This document shows, in pieces, positions 1-7,855 of a stretch of 41,526 nucleotides of DNA. Positions within the stretch are counted from its first letter, which is position 1, and the number at the start of each line of letters is the position of its first letter. Made by a program: the position numbers and the translations under genes. Below the pieces are notes generated by a model, which saw only the letters and a program-made list of their open reading frames with translations, was not told the origin of the DNA and did no database searches. Source of the DNA: Alphaproteobacteria bacterium (lineage in GTDB: Bacteria; Pseudomonadota; Alphaproteobacteria; Rs-D84); the NCBI GenBank assembly GCA_017554365.1, contig JAFZIM010000052.1, positions 1-41,526 of the forward strand, given 5' to 3'.

Positions 1-92
1 ACACTGGTGATGTTGTTAACAAAGAAAAGCTGGCGTCCGAAATGACGCGTCCGACTGAATATGCCGGCAGCAGCGAAAAGAAAAGCAAATAA
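1..92 (+). CDS. rpsC: 30S ribosomal protein S3, C-terminal fragment (gene runs off the 5' edge)
   Basis: Frame 3 is open from the window edge (…TGDVVNKEKLASEMTRPTEYAGSSEKKSK) to TAA at 90-92, directly upstream of rplP, where rpsC normally lies. The fragment is too short for a sequence-based call, so the call rests mainly on synteny. Confidence 0.55.
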   Translation, partial: TGDVVNKEKLASEMTRPTEYAGSSEKKSK

Positions 93-114
93 TTAAAATT
101 TAAAGGTTTTAATC

Positions 115-528
115 ATGTTGATGCCAAATAAAACAAAATTTCGCAAACAGCACAAAGGTCGTATTCACGGGGTCGCCAAAGGTGGCAGTGAATTGGCGTT
201 TGGTTCGTTTGGATTGAAAGCAATGTCTCCTGAACGTGTGACAGCACGTCAGATAGAAGCAGCACGTCGTGCTATTACTCGTCACATGAGACGTCAGGGT
301 AAATTATGGATTCGTATTTTCCCAGATGTTCCAGTGACTGCGAAACCAGGTGGTGTTCGTATGGGTAAAGGTAAAGGTGCTGTGGAATACTGGATTTGCC
401 GTGTAAAGCCAGGCCGCATTATGTTCGAAGTTGATGGTGTTAAACCAGAAATCGCACGTGAAGCATTCGCATTGGCTGCTGCTAAATTGCCAGTAAGGAC
501 AAAAATCGTAGAACGCAAGATGAACTAA
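115..528 (+). CDS. rplP: 50S ribosomal protein L16
   Basis: 137 aa. N-terminus [16 protein letters not shown] matches the conserved L16 start. Position in the S10 operon is as expected. Confidence 0.97.
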   Translation: MLMPNKTKFRKQHKGRIHGVAKGGSELAFGSFGLKAMSPERVTARQIEAARRAITRHMRRQGKLWIRIFPDVPVTAKPGGVRMGKGKGAVEYWICRVKPGRIMFEVDGVKPEIAREAFALAAAKLPVRTKIVERKMN

Positions 529-555
529 TAATACAAGTGCAAAAGGTTAGAAGAT

Positions 556-759
556 ATGGCGGAAAAGAAAGTAAATAAAACAGCCGAAAAAGATGCTTTG
601 ACAAAGGATTCTTTGCAAAGCAAATTGGTTGATTTGAAAAAAGAACAAATGAATCAACGCTTTCAACTGGCTGCGGGTCAATTACCAAAAACACATGTTT
701 TGCGTAAAACTCGTCGTGAAATTGCACGTGTAAAGACCAAGTTGAATGCGGTAAAATAA
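556..759 (+). CDS. rpmC: 50S ribosomal protein L29
   Basis: 67 aa, K/E-rich helical protein in the canonical position between rplP and rpsQ. Contains the L29-like [17 protein letters not shown] motif. Confidence 0.93.
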   Translation: MAEKKVNKTAEKDALTKDSLQSKLVDLKKEQMNQRFQLAAGQLPKTHVLRKTRREIARVKTKLNAVK

Positions 760-829
760 CTAAAACTTTGACTTTTGGTTTTTTTAGGTTAAAATTAAGG
801 GTCAAAAACAAGAAAATAAGGACTAAGTT

Positions 830-1096
830 ATGCCAAAACGTATACTGCAAGGAACCGTAAAAAGTACAGCAAATGACAAAACTGTCGTTGTAGAAGTAGA
901 ACGTCGTTTTCGTCATCCTTTGTATGGAAAGTTCGTGAAGCAGAATAAAAAATACAAGGCACACGATGAAAACAACGAATATAAAGTTGGTGAAATCGTT
1001 GCGATTGAAGAACATCGTCCTATTTCCAAGACAAAAACTTGGATTGTAAAAGGTCGTGTTGGGGTCAGCAAAGACACATCTGTCAATGTTGATTAA
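830..1096 (+). CDS. rpsQ: 30S ribosomal protein S17
   Basis: 88 aa. [12 protein letters not shown]…[19 protein letters not shown] is typical of S17. Synteny agrees. Confidence 0.96.
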   Translation: MPKRILQGTVKSTANDKTVVVEVERRFRHPLYGKFVKQNKKYKAHDENNEYKVGEIVAIEEHRPISKTKTWIVKGRVGVSKDTSVNVD

Positions 1097-1208
1097 GAAT
1101 AGGTGGGTTTTTTGAGGTCTTGAATTTAATTTAATAATTCAAGGCAGTCGAAACCCGTTAACAAAGCAGCAGGGGATTGCCTTGCTTGCAGGATTAAGGA
1201 AAAAAGTT

Positions 1209-1583
1209 ATGATACAAAATGAAACAGTTATGACAGTTGCAGATAACTCTGGTGCACGTAAAGCAATGTGTATCAAAGTTTTGGGCGGTTCTCATCGTCG
1301 TTATGCAACAGTTGGCGACAAAATCGTGGTCGCTATTAAAGATGCCATTCCACGTGGCAAAGTGCAAAAAGGAACTGTTCAACGCGCTATTATCGTAAGA
1401 ACAAAGTTCCCAGTTAAACGTCCAGATGGTTCTATCATTCGTTTTGATGATAATGCTGTTGTTTTGATTAACAAAAACAATTTCGAACCAATTGGAACAC
1501 GTATTTTTGGACCAATCGCACGTGAAGTTCGTCGTAAATATGACGTTCAAAAAATTGTGTCTTTGGCACCAGAAGTAATATAA
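1209..1583 (+). CDS. rplN: 50S ribosomal protein L14
   Basis: [33 protein letters not shown]… is near-identical in pattern to E. coli L14. I trimmed the start from the TTG at 1182 to the ATG at 1209, which is preceded by AGGATTAAGGA. Confidence 0.97.
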   Translation: MIQNETVMTVADNSGARKAMCIKVLGGSHRRYATVGDKIVVAIKDAIPRGKVQKGTVQRAIIVRTKFPVKRPDGSIIRFDDNAVVLINKNNFEPIGTRIFGPIAREVRRKYDVQKIVSLAPEVI

Positions 1584-1612
1584 TACTTTTGACTAAAATA
1601 AAAGGTTAAGAC

Positions 1613-1915
1613 ATGAAAATTAAGAAAGGCGACGAAGTCGTAGTTATTTCGGGAAAATACAAAGGCGTCAAAGGTAAAGTATTACAAGCACGTCCAAGTG
1701 AATCCCGTGTAGTGGTTGAAGGTGTAAATCGTCATAAATGGCACATCAAACCAACACAAGAACAACCAGGTCATATTGTAGACCGCGAAGCACCTATACA
1801 TGTATCCAATGTTGCTTTGATTGATCCAAAAACAAAGAAAGCAACACGTGCTGGATTTAAAATGGAAGGTGATAAAAAGATTCGCGTTTCTAAAAAATCT
1901 GGAACAGAAATCTAA
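1613..1915 (+). CDS. rplX: 50S ribosomal protein L24
   Basis: 100 aa. [24 protein letters not shown] is the KOW motif typical of L24. Synteny agrees. Confidence 0.96.
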   Translation: MKIKKGDEVVVISGKYKGVKGKVLQARPSESRVVVEGVNRHKWHIKPTQEQPGHIVDREAPIHVSNVALIDPKTKKATRAGFKMEGDKKIRVSKKSGTEI

Positions 1916-1923
1916 ACCAAATG

Positions 1924-1941
1924 ATTCCGCTGTTACGGAAT
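1924..1941 (+). repeat. Intergenic stem-loop (rplX-rplE spacer) with core TTCCGCTGTTACGG
   Basis: ATTCCG / CGGAAT 6-bp stem with loop CTGTTA. Same 14-nt core and same loop as the hairpin at 3882-3903. Confidence 0.6.
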
Positions 1942-1963
1942 TGATAACGAAAAGGTAAATAAA

Positions 1964-2509
1964 ATGCAAAGCAGATTGCGTGAAATATACGAAAAAAATG
2001 TTGTACCTGAATTAGTAAAAGAATTCGGATACACAAATATGTTTGCAGTTCCAAAATTGTCCAAAATCGTTTTGAATATGGGCGTTGGCGAAGCTGTATC
2101 AGATAAAAAGAAATTAGATTCTGCTGCTGCTGATTTGACAGCAATTGCAGCACAAAAATCAATTATCACACATGCAAAGAAATCTATTGCTACATATCGT
2201 TTACGCGAAGGTCAAGCAATTGGTACAAAAGTAACTTTGCGTGGTAAAAGAATGTATGATTTCTTGGATAAATTAATCACAGTGGCTTTGCCACGTGTAA
2301 AGGACTTCCGTGGATTGTCAAAATCTAAATTTGATGGTCGTGGAAATTATGCATTCGGTATCAAAGAACATTTGATATTCCCAGAAATTTCTGTTGATAA
2401 GATTGATGCTATCCGTGGTATGGATATCGTTATTGTTACAACAGCAAAAACAGATGATGAAGCTCGTGCATTGCTGACAAAAATCGGCTTGCCATTGGTT
2501 TTGAAATAA
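1964..2509 (+). CDS. rplE: 50S ribosomal protein L5
   Basis: 181 aa. [40 protein letters not shown] is characteristic of L5. Confidence 0.97.
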   Translation: MQSRLREIYEKNVVPELVKEFGYTNMFAVPKLSKIVLNMGVGEAVSDKKKLDSAAADLTAIAAQKSIITHAKKSIATYRLREGQAIGTKVTLRGKRMYDFLDKLITVALPRVKDFRGLSKSKFDGRGNYAFGIKEHLIFPEISVDKIDAIRGMDIVIVTTAKTDDEARALLTKIGLPLVLK

Positions 2510-2524
2510 TATAAGGAAATAAAG

Positions 2525-2827
2525 ATGGCTAAATTAGCGTTGATAAACAAACAAAAGAAACGTGAAAAATTGGTCGCACAATATGCAAAAAAGCGCGAAT
2601 CAATTAAAGCAAAGATGTCCGTAAATGCAACACCAGAAGAACGTATGGAAGCCATGAAAAAATTGGCTAAGTTGCCTCGCAACGCAAATCCAACACGTTT
2701 GCATAATCGTTGCTCTATCACAGGTCGTGCACGTGGTTATTCCCGCATGTTCGGTTTGTGCCGTCAACAAGTTCGCACTATGGCGTCAGAAGGAAAATTA
2801 CCAGGTGTACGTAAATCCAGCTGGTAA
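2525..2827 (+). CDS. rpsN: 30S ribosomal protein S14 (long, non-zinc form)
   Basis: 100 aa, ending RCSITGRARGYSRMFGLCRQQVRTMASEGKLPGVRKSSW. Confidence 0.96.
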   Translation: MAKLALINKQKKREKLVAQYAKKRESIKAKMSVNATPEERMEAMKKLAKLPRNANPTRLHNRCSITGRARGYSRMFGLCRQQVRTMASEGKLPGVRKSSW

Positions 2828-2904
2828 GATTAAGTTAAACAAGCAAGCTGTGGACAATGCAGCCCAAGCGCAGAAGTAAAATTCTGCAAAACAAGGAGTA
2901 AAAT

Positions 2905-3303
2905 ATGTCACTTTCACATCCAATCGGAGATATGGTTACCCGCATTCGCAATGGTCAAAATGCAGGTAAAGAATTCGTCGCCGTTCCAAACAGCAAATTA
3001 CGTGCTGCAGTATTGGCGGTTTTGAAAGACGAAGGTTTCATAACAGATTTTCGCAAAGAACAAATTGATGAAACACGCGCAAATTTGGTTATTGAATTAA
3101 AATACGTTAATGGTAATGGTGCAATCCAAGAAATTACAGCCGTTTCTAAACCAGGACGTCGTGTATATTCTGGCAGTGCAAAAATGCCACGCGTTTTGAA
3201 CGGGTTGGGTATCGCTATCGTATCCACACCAAATGGTGTTATGACTGATCACAAAGCACGCTTGATGAATGTCGGCGGTGAAATATTGTGCAAAGTTATC
3301 TAA
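2905..3303 (+). CDS. rpsH: 30S ribosomal protein S8
   Basis: 132 aa. Contains the PIGDMVTRIRNGQNA motif typical of S8. Confidence 0.96.
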   Translation: MSLSHPIGDMVTRIRNGQNAGKEFVAVPNSKLRAAVLAVLKDEGFITDFRKEQIDETRANLVIELKYVNGNGAIQEITAVSKPGRRVYSGSAKMPRVLNGLGIAIVSTPNGVMTDHKARLMNVGGEILCKVI

Positions 3304-3318
3304 TAAAAGGAAATCGTT

Positions 3319-3870
3319 ATGTCTCGTGCAGGAAAATATCCAGTAGAAATTAAAAATGGCGTATCGGTTGAATTAACAGATAAAGCCGTAGTTGTAAAAG
3401 GACCAAAAGGCGAAATGCATGTTTCTTTGGAAACTAAAAATGCTAATTTGGTTAATATCAAAGTTGAAGATGGTCATGTTGTTGTCACACCTAAAGATGC
3501 AGAAGAAAAAGCATCTCGTGCTATGTGGGGAACAATGACTCGTAATATTAAATCAGCTGTTAAAGGTGTTTCAGAAGGTTTTTCAAAACCTATGTATATG
3601 AAAGGTGTTGGTTATAAAGCATCTGTCAAAGGTAACATCTTTACATTGGTTGTTGGATTTTCTCATGATGTAGTTATGGAAATCCCAGCTGGTTTGACAG
3701 TTACAATGGGTGAAACACCAACAGAATTTACAATTTCAGGTATTGATAAAAATTTGTTGGGACAATTTGCTGACAAGATTCATAAAATCCGTAAAGCAGA
3801 CCCATATAAAGGTAAAGGTATCTTCTATAAAGACGAATATGTCCGTCGTAAAGAAGGCAAGAAGAAATAA
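3319..3870 (+). CDS. rplF: 50S ribosomal protein L6
   Basis: 183 aa. MSRAGKYPVEIKNGVSVEL…VVVKGPKGEM and a C-terminal PYKGKGI…RRKEGKK are typical of L6. Confidence 0.96.
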   Translation: MSRAGKYPVEIKNGVSVELTDKAVVVKGPKGEMHVSLETKNANLVNIKVEDGHVVVTPKDAEEKASRAMWGTMTRNIKSAVKGVSEGFSKPMYMKGVGYKASVKGNIFTLVVGFSHDVVMEIPAGLTVTMGETPTEFTISGIDKNLLGQFADKIHKIRKADPYKGKGIFYKDEYVRRKEGKKK

Positions 3871-3881
3871 TAAAACAATAT

Positions 3882-3903
3882 AGTTTCCGCTGTTACGGGA
3901 ACT
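3882..3903 (+). repeat. Intergenic stem-loop (rplF-rplR spacer) with core TTCCGCTGTTACGG
   Basis: AGTTTCCG / CGGGAACT 8-bp stem (one G-U pair) with loop CTGTTA. Same core as the hairpin at 1924-1941. Confidence 0.6.
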
Positions 3904-3922
3904 GAAAAAAAGGAAAAACAAA

Positions 3923-4279
3923 ATGTTAAGACATTTATCTTCTGAAGAAAGACGTACATTGGCAAATCGCGGTGCGTTGAAAAGAAAGAATCCTGGCAAA
4001 ATTCGTTTGTCAGTATTCAGATCTGCTCGTCATATTGAAATTCAAGCTATTGATGATGTAAAAGGTCACACATTGTGTGCAGCATCTTCAAAAGAAAAAG
4101 ATTTCAAGGGCAAAGGTTGGAATATCGCTGGTGCTGAAATGGTTGGCAAATTATTTGCTGAACGTGCAGTTAAAGCAGGTATCAAAGACAATTGTTATTT
4201 TGATCGTGGTCGTTATTTATACCATGGTCGTGTAAAGGCCTTGGGCGATGCAGTTCGCGCAAACGGAATCAATATTTAA
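3923..4279 (+). CDS. rplR: 50S ribosomal protein L18
   Basis: 118 aa. RLSVFRSARHIEIQAIDD… and C-terminal FDRGRYLYHGRVKALGDAVRANG are typical of L18. Confidence 0.95.
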   Translation: MLRHLSSEERRTLANRGALKRKNPGKIRLSVFRSARHIEIQAIDDVKGHTLCAASSKEKDFKGKGWNIAGAEMVGKLFAERAVKAGIKDNCYFDRGRYLYHGRVKALGDAVRANGINI

Positions 4280-4296
4280 TCTAGGAGCAAAATACA

Positions 4297-4851
4297 ATGG
4301 CACGTTATGATGATAAAAAATTACAATCAGATAATTTGGTAGATAAATTAGTTTCTATCAACCGCGTTTCAAAAACAGTGAAGGGTGGACGTAATATGTC
4401 TTTCTCTGCATTGGTTGTTGTCGGGGATAAATCTGGTATGGTTGGTTTTGGTAAAGGTAAAGCATTGGAAGTCCAAGCCGCCGTTCAAAAAGCAACAAAA
4501 GCTGCAAAAGCAAAAATGATTCGCGTTCCTTTGAAAGAAGGTCGTACATTACACCACGATAGTTCTGCTAAATATGGCGCAAGTAAATTGGTTGTTCGCA
4601 GTGCTGTTCCAGGTACTGGAATCATCGCTGGTGGTGCTTTGCGTGCAGTATTTGAATGTTTGGGCGTTCAAGACGTTGTTGTTAAATCACAAGGTTCAAA
4701 TAATCCAAACAATATGATTCGTGCTGCTTTCTTGGCTTTTTCTAAAATGAATTCTCCAAAAAGTGTTGCTGCACGTCGTGGCAAATCAGTTGGTGAAATC
4801 ATTGCTGGCCGTGATGGTAAAAAAGTAGAAGTTCAAGAAGAAGCAAAATAA
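4297..4851 (+). CDS. rpsE: 30S ribosomal protein S5
   Basis: 184 aa. [38 protein letters not shown] is the S5 core. Confidence 0.97.
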   Translation: MARYDDKKLQSDNLVDKLVSINRVSKTVKGGRNMSFSALVVVGDKSGMVGFGKGKALEVQAAVQKATKAAKAKMIRVPLKEGRTLHHDSSAKYGASKLVVRSAVPGTGIIAGGALRAVFECLGVQDVVVKSQGSNNPNNMIRAAFLAFSKMNSPKSVAARRGKSVGEIIAGRDGKKVEVQEEAK

Positions 4852-4931
4852 AAAAGTAAAACCGAGTACATAATCTTGAATTATGTGCGACAAGGACTAT
4901 ATCATAGTCATAGGACAAAAAGGAAAAAGAA

Positions 4932-5390
4932 ATGAAATTAAATGCTTTGATGGATAATTTTGGTGCACGTAAAGATGTTAAACGCGTTGGTCGCGGTATG
5001 GCATCTGGATATGGTAAAACATCTGGTCGTGGTAACAAGGGTCAGAAATCTCGTTCTGGTTCTCGTAAACAAGCCACATTCCAAGGTGGACAAATGCCAA
5101 TTTTGCGTCGTTTCCCAAAATTTGGATTTAATAATCCTTTTGCAAAAACTTATGCAACTATCAATTTAGGCGATATTGAAAAATTCATCGCTTCTGGCAA
5201 AATTGATGCTAAGAAAGAAATCACATTAGATTCTTTGTTCGAAGCAAAAATTTTGAACCGCAAATTAGATGGTTTGAAAGTTTTAGCCAAAGGCGAAATC
5301 AAATCTGCTGTTAATATCGTTGCAGACAAATGGTCAAAAGCCGCAGAAGCTGCAATCGTAAAAGCAGGTGGAAAAATTCAATCTAAATAA
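4932..5390 (+). CDS. rplO: 50S ribosomal protein L15
   Basis: 152 aa. KRVGRGMASGYGKTSGRGNKGQKSRSG is the L15 glycine-rich N-terminus. Confidence 0.96.
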   Translation: MKLNALMDNFGARKDVKRVGRGMASGYGKTSGRGNKGQKSRSGSRKQATFQGGQMPILRRFPKFGFNNPFAKTYATINLGDIEKFIASGKIDAKKEITLDSLFEAKILNRKLDGLKVLAKGEIKSAVNIVADKWSKAAEAAIVKAGGKIQSK

Positions 5391-5452
5391 TCAATAAACA
5401 ATACACCCATGGTTTTTTAATCTTGGGTGTATAAATCAAAAGATTAAATCGC

Positions 5453-6769
5453 ATGAAATTCTTGAAAAATATTTTTAGCAATTTAACTGATTTACAAAAA
5501 CGTATCTTGTTCACATTGGGTGCTTTGATTGTATATCGTATTGGTTCATTTATTCCATTACCAGGTGTTAATGCAAGTGCAGTTTTGCATTTATTTAATG
5601 GTGATAATGGCATTATGGGTATGTTCGATATGTTTTCAGGCGGTTCTTTGTCTCGTATGTCAGTATTGGCTTTGAATATTTTCCCATACATTTCAGCATC
5701 AATCGTTATACAATTATTGACAGCGACCAGTAAATCTTTGACAGATTTAAGAAAAGAAGGTGAATCTGGACGTATTAAAATCAACCAATATACACGTTAT
5801 TTGGCTGTGTTGTTGGCTGTGGTTCAAGGTTGGGCGGTTGTTCGTGGTTTGGAATCTATGGCACCAGTTAATGGTATTTCTGCGGTTGCTAATCCTGGAT
5901 TTGCATTTGAATTATCAGCGATAGTTGCGTTGGTTGGTGGAACTGTGTTTATCATGTGGTTGGCTGAACAGGTCACAGCACGTGGTGTAGGGCAGGGTGC
6001 ATCATTATTGATTTTTGCAGGTATCGTTGCAGAAGTTCCTGGTGGAATTGCTAAATTATTTTCTTTGATACGTGTTGGTCAAATGTCCCCAGCAATGATA
6101 GCTTTGGTATTGGGCTTTGTTGTTGGCATAGTTGCATTGATAGCATTTATGGAACAGGCACAACGTCGTATTCAAATCTTGTATCCACGTCAGGCGATGG
6201 CGAATGGTGCAATGAACACAAACGTTTCATATTTACCAATTAAAATCAATATGTCAGGTGTTATGGGACCTGTGTTTGCATCAAGTATTATGATGTTGCC
6301 AGCATTCGTTCAAAGGTTTGTGCAAAGTGATAATTTAATGGTTCAAAATATATTGGGCTTCTTTACATACGGAACTTGGTCATATATGGTATTATTTACA
6401 TTATTGATAGGGTTCTTTGCATATTTCCAGACAGCAGTTGTATTTAATTCAGAAGAAACAAGTACAAATTTAAAGAATGCTGGGGGATATATACCTGGGG
6501 TTCGTCCTGGTGAAGCAACCATGCATTATCTTGATGATATTGTTTCAAGAACAACTGCGATTGGCGTTGTTTATTTGATAGTAGTTTGTGTTTTACCAAT
6601 TTTATTAAATACACATGGCAAAATGCCATTGATGATTGGTGGAACAAGTGTTTTAATCGTGGCAGGTGTTGTATTGGATACAATGAACCAAATAAAATCA
6701 TATTTGGTTGAAAAACAATACACAGGTGTCGTGACTAATACACAAAAGAAAGGTCGTTTCCGTAATTAA
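5453..6769 (+). CDS. secY: Preprotein translocase subunit SecY
   Basis: 438 aa multi-pass membrane protein. LQKRILFTLGALIVYRIGSFIPLPGVN is the canonical SecY start. Position after rplO is as expected. Confidence 0.97.
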   Translation: MKFLKNIFSNLTDLQKRILFTLGALIVYRIGSFIPLPGVNASAVLHLFNGDNGIMGMFDMFSGGSLSRMSVLALNIFPYISASIVIQLLTATSKSLTDLRKEGESGRIKINQYTRYLAVLLAVVQGWAVVRGLESMAPVNGISAVANPGFAFELSAIVALVGGTVFIMWLAEQVTARGVGQGASLLIFAGIVAEVPGGIAKLFSLIRVGQMSPAMIALVLGFVVGIVALIAFMEQAQRRIQILYPRQAMANGAMNTNVSYLPIKINMSGVMGPVFASSIMMLPAFVQRFVQSDNLMVQNILGFFTYGTWSYMVLFTLLIGFFAYFQTAVVFNSEETSTNLKNAGGYIPGVRPGEATMHYLDDIVSRTTAIGVVYLIVVCVLPILLNTHGKMPLMIGGTSVLIVAGVVLDTMNQIKSYLVEKQYTGVVTNTQKKGRFRN

Positions 6770-6919
6770 TCGGGAATATAAAGAATTTGATTTTTTGGAT
6801 ATAGTATTATAAAATAATTATCGCAAAAAATCAGAAACATTCAAAAAACGTGTGGATTTTGGATGTTGAAATGGTGGGTGGCAACACCCGAAGAAAATAA
6901 CAAAAAAGGAAAATAAAAG

Positions 6920-7297
6920 ATGGCACGTATAGCAGGTGTTAACATTCCAAGTGAAAAACGCATTGAAATTGCGTTGCAATACATTCATGGTATTGGGCCG
7001 GCTAAATCAGCACAAATTTGTTCTGCATTGAAATTGAAAGACGGATTGCGTGCAAAAGATTTAACTGACGAGGATGTTATCAAAATTTCAAATTACATTG
7101 AACAAAATTTCAAAGTAGAAGGTGATGTTCGTCGTGAAGTTGCAATGAATATTAAACGTTTGCAAGATTTAAAAACATATCGCGGCATACGTCATCGTAA
7201 TCGTTTACCAGTTCGCGGTCAACGCACACAAACAAACGCAAGAACCCGTAAAGGAAAACGCGTTGTTGTTGCAGGTTCAGCGACCAAGGGTAAATAA
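6920..7297 (+). CDS. rpsM: 30S ribosomal protein S13
   Basis: 125 aa. [26 protein letters not shown] is typical of S13. Confidence 0.97.
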   Translation: MARIAGVNIPSEKRIEIALQYIHGIGPAKSAQICSALKLKDGLRAKDLTDEDVIKISNYIEQNFKVEGDVRREVAMNIKRLQDLKTYRGIRHRNRLPVRGQRTQTNARTRKGKRVVVAGSATKGK

Positions 7298-7360
7298 AGT
7301 TTAATTGGGTAGAGATTAACACGATAGTTAATTGAAGACATCTAATAAAAGGAAATTATA

Positions 7361-7744
7361 ATGGCAGTTACAAAATCAAAGAAGAAAGTTGTAAAGAAAG
7401 TATCACATGGTATTGCACATGTGGTTGCAACAAATAATAATACACGTATCACAATCACAGACCAAAGCGGTGCAGTTTTGACATGGGCAACCGCTGGGGC
7501 TAATAATTTCAAAGGTGCAAAAAAATCAACACCATACGCAGCAACAGTAGTAGCAGATGCAGTTGGTAAAAAAGTTGCTGAAATGGGTATGAAAACAATC
7601 GATGTTTTAATGCGCGGTATTGGTCAGGGTCGTGAATCTGCGGTTCGTGGTTTAGCAAATGCAGGATTGATTGTTCAATCTATTACAGACACGACACGTA
7701 TTCCACACAACGGGTGCCGTCCAAAGAAAGTTCGTCGTGTTTAA
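7361..7744 (+). CDS. rpsK: 30S ribosomal protein S11
   Basis: 127 aa. GIAHVVATNNNTRITITDQSG…FKGAKKSTPYAA and C-terminal IPHNGCRPKKVRRV are typical of S11. Confidence 0.97.
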   Translation: MAVTKSKKKVVKKVSHGIAHVVATNNNTRITITDQSGAVLTWATAGANNFKGAKKSTPYAATVVADAVGKKVAEMGMKTIDVLMRGIGQGRESAVRGLANAGLIVQSITDTTRIPHNGCRPKKVRRV

Positions 7745-7752
7745 TAAATACA

Positions 7753-7780
7753 ATACCGCCGTTTTGGCGGTATTTTTTTA
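7753..7780 (+). terminator. Rho-independent terminator directly after rpsK
   Basis: Perfect 8-bp stem ATACCGCC (7753-7760) / GGCGGTAT (7766-7773), loop GTTTT, followed by a T-run at 7774-7779. Confidence 0.75.
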
Positions 7781-7800
7781 TAAAATTTTATAAAAATATC

Positions 7801-7829
7801 TTGATATAAAAAAATATTTTTTTTACACT
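7801..7829 (+). promoter_or_regulatory. Sigma70-like promoter candidate for the CxxC-repeat gene P0
   Basis: TTGATA (7801-7806), 17-nt spacer, TACACT (7824-7829). It lies about 27 nt upstream of the GGAAGGA Shine-Dalgarno and the TTG start at 7856. Confidence 0.4.
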
Positions 7830-7855
7830 ATTACACAAGTTAATGGAAGGAATCT

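Noticed and set aside
482-1015. 177-aa minus-strand ORF, plus many other 60-130-aa antisense or alternate-frame ORFs across 294-7300 in the track.
   Set aside because: They lie antisense to, or out of frame with, unmistakable ribosomal-protein and secY genes. Their translations are low-complexity Phe/Leu/Ile/Asn-rich, as expected from AT-rich antisense DNA, and they have no Shine-Dalgarno sequences.
6770-6919. Searched the secY-rpsM gap for a degraded adk, or for rpmJ or infA.
   Set aside because: There is no open frame of useful length and no recognisable L36 or IF-1 peptide in any frame. infA is found elsewhere, at 34792-35043.
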